Source: Desulfurococcaceae archaeon
GTDB lineage: Archaea > Thermoproteota > Thermoprotei_A > Sulfolobales > Desulfurococcaceae
Length of the DNA stretch: 64,000 bases
Direction of reading: 5' to 3'
Assembly (NCBI GenBank): GCA_038816475.1
Contig: JAWBAI010000002.1
Span: 1 to 64,000, forward strand
Shown: one piece after another, positions 58,701 to 64,000 of the stretch
How positions within the stretch are numbered: the first letter of the stretch is position 1
Layout: each line of letters opens with the position of its first letter
Translations under genes and position numbers: made by a program
Notes under the pieces: generated by a model
The model's input: the letters and a program-made list of their open reading frames with translations, nothing else
Databases searched by the model: none
What the model was told of the DNA's origin: nothing

Positions 58701-58988
58701 CTAGCTCTCTGCATAGAGAGTTTTGAGCTGTTTCATCAACATGTTTGTTATAGAGAGAATCTCGTCAACGGTTGACCGTGTCCTCAGTATCGAGACTAGC
58801 AGAGAATCTCCTTTAACAGAAATTTTTATGTTGTACTCGTACTCGGCGTTAAGGATCCTTATGGAGTCTTCAACTATCATGCCCAGTGGAGCGTTCTTGT
58901 TGTCAGGGGCAAGAGCTCTCTTGATGGCTTCAAGCAACCTGAGATCGCTTGTGGAAATTACCACTTTAGCTTCTACTGGAGCGTACAT
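58701..58988 (-). CDS. pcc1: KEOPS subunit Pcc1
   Basis: ALAPDN, LRTRSTVDEIL; position between DHH-like gene and rps3ae. Confidence 0.7.
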   Translation of the reverse strand: MYAPVEAKVVISTSDLRLLEAIKRALAPDNKNAPLGMIVEDSIRILNAEYEYNIKISVKGDSLLVSILRTRSTVDEILSITNMLMKQLKTLYAES

Positions 58989-60097
58989 GTCTGATCGGGC
59001 TCGCAACTCACGTACGCGTTTTCCGGTTTAGTGCCTATTCTCAGAAGTTCTCTTAACACTGTGATTGACCTGTCTTTCACAAGTACTTTAACCGGTTTAT
59101 CCCTAGGAAGCATGTTCACGTACATGAGAACATCTACTGCTAAATCTGGTCTTTCAAGCGCTTCTTCTACTTCGGCTGGTTCTCCTCTTCTAAGAGTGTC
59201 GAGTTGGCTTGTAATGATCTCTGCTACGTAATCTGCGACTTCATCGTATACACTAAGTATTTGCGGAATCGCTGTCTTGTTGAACGATAGTAGAACCAGA
59301 TCGTAAATACAATTCTTACACAAGCTTTCGTAGACAACCATACTACCAATGACTTCACTTAGTTCAAACTCTTTTTGATCCGAAAGCTCGGGTATGAGAA
59401 TGTAGAAGTCTCCAAGAAGGTGTATAATCAATGAAGGGTCTCCCAGAGAATCAGCAATGCTTTTAATCAGGTTCTTGCTTAGTTCATCTCCTCTTATCTC
59501 CTTATACTTGACACTATAGGGGTTTTGCCCTCTAAACGTGCTTTCAACTATCTTTAGTGCTTTATCCGGGACTCCTGTAATTCCCGGAAGTATAGGCATT
59601 AGTGTTCGCGTTAAGGCTGAAACAAGGTTTTTCCTCTTAGCCCCCCATAACCTTAGTGCAGGTGCTTCAACGACAAGCTTGCTTTGAGCTAGCTCACTTA
59701 GTATTCCGTTTTCAACACCTTTGAACTTGCCTCCTTTGAAGTCATAGTAGTTCCTGTAGAAGCCACCTACTAACGCTAGTAGCTTAGCAGATTTGTCAAC
59801 TCCAAACATGGCGTCAAGTAGTGATACAATCTTTGCTGTGGATGAACCGGTGTCAGCGGAAGAATCTATAGCTATCTGCTTCTGCTTGTTAACTGGTGGC
59901 AGATTTATTAAGATTGCAGGGTCATTCGGGTAGTCAACGAGAACTTTTGCATCAATACATACTTTAACATCCCATTGATGATCTATCAGATGCTTCAACA
60001 GTATACCTGATGCAAGAAGTGAATCTAACGATGTATCAGGAACTATAGTAAGGCTTTTGTACGAAGTGATAAAATTCACTATGTCCCGCTCGCTCAA
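58973..60097 (-). CDS. Inactivated RecJ/DHH-family protein
   Basis: IVPDTSLDSLLASGIL (degenerate motif I), PILPGITG; rps15-DHH-pcc1-rps3ae order. Confidence 0.65.
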   Translation of the reverse strand: MSERDIVNFITSYKSLTIVPDTSLDSLLASGILLKHLIDHQWDVKVCIDAKVLVDYPNDPAILINLPPVNKQKQIAIDSSADTGSSTAKIVSLLDAMFGVDKSAKLLALVGGFYRNYYDFKGGKFKGVENGILSELAQSKLVVEAPALRLWGAKRKNLVSALTRTLMPILPGITGVPDKALKIVESTFRGQNPYSVKYKEIRGDELSKNLIKSIADSLGDPSLIIHLLGDFYILIPELSDQKEFELSEVIGSMVVYESLCKNCIYDLVLLSFNKTAIPQILSVYDEVADYVAEIITSQLDTLRRGEPAEVEEALERPDLAVDVLMYVNMLPRDKPVKVLVKDRSITVLRELLRIGTKPENAYVSCEPDQTCTLQ

Positions 60098-60189
60098 AAC
60101 AGCACCCGTTTAATTATTTCAAATACCTCAAATATAGGAACAGGGGTATAGATATAGCACCTACACTCGTATATATGAGCTACAACTAG

Positions 60190-60681
60190 TTACGCTATCG
60201 ATTCTGATTCAAACTTGTACAAACCAGCTGATACCGTTAACTTAGCTATTTCTGGATCATACTTCCAGCCGGGAGGTAGCTTGCCAATTCTCTTGTAGTA
60301 CTTAGCAAGCCTGTGTATCTTAGATTCAACCTCAATAAGACCCCTCTTGCTGTGATAATCCTTAGGATGCTCCTCGAGATGTCTTCTCAGGTTAACAGCT
60401 TTCTTCATTAAATTGTAAATGTCCTCAGGTACTACGAGCTTAATACCGTGTTTCTCAAGTATTTCCTCGATTTTCTTACCAATTACCTGCTTAATTAATG
60501 GTATACCGAACTGATCCCTCAGAATTTCACCTATCATCGATGGTGGGTAACCCTTCTTTGCTAATTCAACCACTAGTAACTCTATATCACTGGGACTCAT
60601 ATCCAGCTTTAACCACTTCGGAGGCCCCGCTCTAGCCGGCCTCGTCGGATGCGATTGCCCTTTATCACGTCTCTTGTTCAT
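60190..60681 (-). CDS. rps15: 30S ribosomal protein S15 (uS15)
   Basis: [31 protein letters not shown]. Confidence 0.97.
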   Translation of the reverse strand: MNKRRDKGQSHPTRPARAGPPKWLKLDMSPSDIELLVVELAKKGYPPSMIGEILRDQFGIPLIKQVIGKKIEEILEKHGIKLVVPEDIYNLMKKAVNLRRHLEEHPKDYHSKRGLIEVESKIHRLAKYYKRIGKLPPGWKYDPEIAKLTVSAGLYKFESESIA

Positions 60682-60755
60682 CCAGAAAACACCTAACGTA
60701 GGCTACCTGATACTCAACGGTTATTTGACCTTTTAAAACTAAGCTTAACGAGGTT

Positions 60756-61322
60756 TTAAAGACTTCCTGCGAGGCTTAGGTACTTTTCAAGAACCCTTCG
60801 CGTTGAAATAGCTCTATGACTCTTCGAGTTTTTCTCCTCTATAGTCATTTCCGCAAAGGTTCTCGACTCACCTACGGGTATGAATATTGGATCAAAACCG
60901 AAGCCCTTATCACCTCTTGGTTCTAGCACGATTTCACCGTGAACCTCTCCGGTAGCAACTATAACTCCTTTGCTGAACGCTACAGCAGACGCTGATTTAA
61001 AGCACGCTCGTCTATCTTTAACTCCCTCCATTAGCTTAAGAATACCCTTTATACCAATGGTTCTATACACGTAGCTACTGTAGGGTCCTGGAAACCCGTT
61101 CAAGGCTTCTATGAAGAGTCCTGCGTCCTCAACGAGTACAGGTTTGCTGAGAACAGCATAAGCTATCATAGCTGATTTCAGAACAACCTCTTCTATACTG
61201 TCACTTTGAATTTCCAGTTTTAAGTCCGTGCAGAGCTCCAGTTCTATTCCAAGAGACTCCGCTATCGGTTTAACCTCGTTGTATTTATGAATATTGCTTG
61301 TAACAAAGCATAACTTAGCCAA
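60756..61322 (-). CDS. Non-canonical purine NTP pyrophosphatase (RdgB/HAM1)
   Basis: TSNIHK, EDAGL, GFGFDPIF, SHR. Confidence 0.93.
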   Translation of the reverse strand: MAKLCFVTSNIHKYNEVKPIAESLGIELELCTDLKLEIQSDSIEEVVLKSAMIAYAVLSKPVLVEDAGLFIEALNGFPGPYSSYVYRTIGIKGILKLMEGVKDRRACFKSASAVAFSKGVIVATGEVHGEIVLEPRGDKGFGFDPIFIPVGESRTFAEMTIEEKNSKSHRAISTRRVLEKYLSLAGSL

Positions 61323-61992
61323 CGTATCTCTCCTTCATAATACTCTTTCTCAGTTCCCTATCCACGTATCTGCCTCTAGCTCTGATTTCCCTCATTCTTC
61401 GAATAATGCTCTCTCCGTGAACACCGTAGCTTTGCACGTAGGCTTCAACCATGTTCTTTTCGAAAACGCTTGCAGCATCCGGTCTCATTGCGTGAACACT
61501 TCTAAGCATCAGGTGAAGGTCTATGGCGAATTCTTCGATGTCAGTACTGTACCCAGCAAGACCAAAGTCTATTACCACAAGTCCACGTTTACTCGCTATA
61601 ACGTTTGCAAGAGTATAATCACCGTGATAAATGCATAGCTTGTGCATTCTTCCAGCAAAACTTCCGATCTCCCTAGCAACCGATACTATTGCGTTGTGAT
61701 CAAGAGTATCGATGATGTTTGAGAGTCTTTCACCTTCCACGTACTCCATTCCCAGCACGCCTGCTTCTTCATCAACAAATAGTAGAGCTGGGACATTGAG
61801 GCCTGCCAGGTGTAGTTCTGACAGGATCTTTGCTTCAATTCTGGTTCGATTCACTATGAAAAACCTATTGAACTCCTGCGTTCTATATGGCTTATCAACT
61901 CTCTTCTTGATCACGACTTTAAGTCCATGCAAGTGTGCCAGGTAAATTTCTGCTTCAGCACCTTTTGAAACTAGTATTGCTGCTTCAGCCAT
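61315..61992 (-). CDS. bud32: KEOPS kinase Bud32
   Basis: KGAEA, HGDYT, IDFGL, IRARGRY. Confidence 0.93.
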   Translation of the reverse strand: MAEAAILVSKGAEAEIYLAHLHGLKVVIKKRVDKPYRTQEFNRFFIVNRTRIEAKILSELHLAGLNVPALLFVDEEAGVLGMEYVEGERLSNIIDTLDHNAIVSVAREIGSFAGRMHKLCIYHGDYTLANVIASKRGLVVIDFGLAGYSTDIEEFAIDLHLMLRSVHAMRPDAASVFEKNMVEAYVQSYGVHGESIIRRMREIRARGRYVDRELRKSIMKERYVG

Positions 61993-63059
61993 GGATACTC
62001 CTCCTCGTCCAGTCTATACCTCTGCTTAACAACAATCTGCTCAGGCTGTTTACGCTCACCGTGGAGAAAATGTAGTAGCCCGGTATACGCGATCATGAGT
62101 CCGTTATCTCCCGCTACCTCCGGGGGTGTTCCATAGTACTTCACATTGTAGAACTTGGCAATACTTTTGAATTTTTCACGGAGTAGCTCGTTTGAAGCTA
62201 CTCCACCAACAAGTAGTATACTGTTCTTGCCGGTAAGCATCAACGCTCTTTCAGACACCTCAACGAGCATGTTAAAGGCTATTTCACGTAGGCTTCTACA
62301 TATGTTTCCAACAATCCTACTCTCGCCTCTCGATTTTCTGTACTCTCTGAGTGCCGCTGTTAATAGCCCAGAGTAGCTGAGATCACATCCTTTAACCGTG
62401 TAGGGCAGTGGTATATACTCGTTGCCCCATTCCGCGCATATATCTACTGCGTGTTTACCCTGAACCACATATGGAGGTGCAATACCTATTTCCCTTGCAA
62501 AAGTATCCAGTAGGTTACCAAGTGGAATGTCTAGTGTTTCTCCAAGCACCCGGTATCTTCCTTCTTTTTGAACAACTATCATGGTGTTCCCGCCTGATAC
62601 GTAAACCACAAGAGGATCCTGGAGACCGCTGACCAGTTTTCCTATTTCTATGTGAGCTACTGCGTGGTTAACTGGTACAATAGGCTTATTGTAGTATGCA
62701 CCCAGGAATCTGGCTAGGCTTGCTCCAACTCTAAGACATGGCCCTAGACCAGGGCCTACAGCTACTGCAATCGCATCAATATCCTCTATTTTTAAACCAG
62801 AGGTTTTCAACGCTTCTCTTAAGACAACATGAGCATTGCTTACGTGATGCATAAAGGATTCTCTTGGATGTATACCTCCTTTTTCTGGCTTGTATTGACT
62901 AACTACATTAGCTAGTATTGTTACGTAGTTATGCTCATACTCAACTATGCCTACACCAAAGGTGTGACTCGTCGACTCTATTCCAATAACTCTTACTCGA
63001 GTCTCTGCATCCGGTAGAGGAACAGGTATTTTGAACCTTGATCCATGAAACAGTGACAT
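61971..63059 (-). CDS. kae1: KEOPS t6A synthase Kae1
   Basis: GIESTSH, GGIHP, VNHAVAHIE, VSGGNT, DNGLMIA. Confidence 0.95.
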   Translation of the reverse strand: MSLFHGSRFKIPVPLPDAETRVRVIGIESTSHTFGVGIVEYEHNYVTILANVVSQYKPEKGGIHPRESFMHHVSNAHVVLREALKTSGLKIEDIDAIAVAVGPGLGPCLRVGASLARFLGAYYNKPIVPVNHAVAHIEIGKLVSGLQDPLVVYVSGGNTMIVVQKEGRYRVLGETLDIPLGNLLDTFAREIGIAPPYVVQGKHAVDICAEWGNEYIPLPYTVKGCDLSYSGLLTAALREYRKSRGESRIVGNICRSLREIAFNMLVEVSERALMLTGKNSILLVGGVASNELLREKFKSIAKFYNVKYYGTPPEVAGDNGLMIAYTGLLHFLHGERKQPEQIVVKQRYRLDEEEYPWLKQQY

Positions 63060-63075
63060 TACATGTAACCGAACA

Positions 63076-63240
63076 CTAACCTTTCACGTACTCTACATAG
63101 CTACATTTCCCACAGTGAAACCTAGGTGTAGGCTCCTTGTGAAACGCCATGAAGGAACCGCATTTTGGACACTTCTTGTTTCTCCTTTTAATAGTCCAGT
63201 TCTTGTAGTCAACTTCGTAAAGCTTGTGAATGTACGGCAT
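63076..63240 (-). CDS. rps27ae: 30S ribosomal protein S27ae (eS31), 54 aa; absent from ORF track
   Basis: Translated by hand: MPYIHKLYEVDYKNWTIKRRNKKCPKCGSFMAFHKEPTPRFHCGKCSYVEYVKG. Confidence 0.95.
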   Translation of the reverse strand: MPYIHKLYEVDYKNWTIKRRNKKCPKCGSFMAFHKEPTPRFHCGKCSYVEYVKG

Positions 63241-63245
63241 ATGTC

Positions 63246-63596
63246 TCAACCCTGAGAGCTTTGTGTGAGCTTACTTACAGATTCTTCGTCTCTCTTAAAA
63301 ATGTACTCTGGCTCGAACTTTCTAGCTCTTTCGACACTATCGTATATGTGAGCTTCAACGTAGGTTCCTGGAAATCCGCATACGGAGCACGATTTTCGTA
63401 CGTAAATCAAGCTCAGATCCTTACCGTAGTAGTCTGATAGAAACTTCTTTATCATACCTCTGCTTGGTGTACCTTCATGAAAATGCAGTACTCTTAGCTT
63501 TACTTCGAGTCTACCAATGAGTGGGTTATACTTTTCTTCGACTATCTCCGCGTCGTACTTATCCATGAATCTCACGTGTTTACCCACAGTAAACAC
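63246..63596 (-). CDS. rps24e: 30S ribosomal protein S24e
   Basis: NPLIGRLE, GTPSR, AHIYD, EPEYI. Confidence 0.92.
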   Translation of the reverse strand: MFTVGKHVRFMDKYDAEIVEEKYNPLIGRLEVKLRVLHFHEGTPSRGMIKKFLSDYYGKDLSLIYVRKSCSVCGFPGTYVEAHIYDSVERARKFEPEYIFKRDEESVSKLTQSSQG

Positions 63597-63601
63597 CTGA
63601 A

Positions 63602-64000
63602 TTACTGAGCTTTCATCACTGTTGGTTTAAGTATCTTCAATGCTTTTAAAACCTTATGCACAGAGGTCTTAACAATTACTACACCAACATCGGGTTGCCC
63701 GTACATTACCGTGTCCCACTGCGATAATAGGAAAGCTATTGTTAACATATCCTCTTCACCCACAACGCAGAGGTCTGTTGTTCCGATCATGGCCATAGCT
63801 ATTGCCGATAAGCTTAGGGAACCTCTTGGATTTACAACAGTAGTACACTTAAACTCTTTGAATGGTTCTCTAAGCGTTCTCTTGGTTTTATAATCAACGA
63901 CTTTCACACGAGATAAATGCCTCTTGGAAACAACATCGCCTACTGTAACGTCAACTCTAAGCCCTGATATGCATCCCCGCTCGGGGTGTACAATCAATGT
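63602..64000 (-). CDS. GTP-dependent dephospho-CoA kinase (DUF359), 5'-truncated by window edge
   Basis: VGDVVS, VDYKTKR, NPRG, GEEDM, YGQP. Confidence 0.85.
   Translation of the reverse strand, partial: TLIVHPERGCISGLRVDVTVGDVVSKRHLSRVKVVDYKTKRTLREPFKEFKCTTVVNPRGSLSLSAIAMAMIGTTDLCVVGEEDMLTIAFLLSQWDTVMYGQPDVGVVIVKTSVHKVLKALKILKPTVMKAQ

Overview
Core chromosomal window of a hyperthermophilic crenarchaeon, most consistent with Desulfurococcales/Desulfurococcaceae (16S sequence, gene order, frequent TTG/GTG starts). It contains the 5' part of a minus-strand 16S rRNA gene split by a 519-nt bulge-helix-bulge intron with a decayed LAGLIDADG-like ORF, six tRNAs (two with introns), and several small RNAs visible only in the DNA (one H/ACA-like, two good and one tentative C/D box). 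Protein genes include a 10-gene group 4 [NiFe]-hydrogenase operon led by a GltD-like NAD(P)H oxidoreductase, informational gene clusters (PCNA/primase/GINS, Csl4/RpoL/TFS, RNase P, KEOPS, SRP54, ribosomal proteins), tetraether synthase, a frameshifted GH1 glycosidase and a probable amino-acid racemase/symporter operon. Best leads: the NADPH-coupled membrane hydrogenase, a catalytically degenerate AglB/STT3-like protein sitting where rpl44e/rps27e usually lie, the H/ACA-like RNA upstream of the rRNA promoter, a Pop5 with an N-terminal transmembrane helix, and an 830-bp AT-rich gap with inverted mini-ORB-like motifs (candidate origin). No CRISPR array, IS element or provirus was seen. All calls are by-eye motif recognition; no searches were run.
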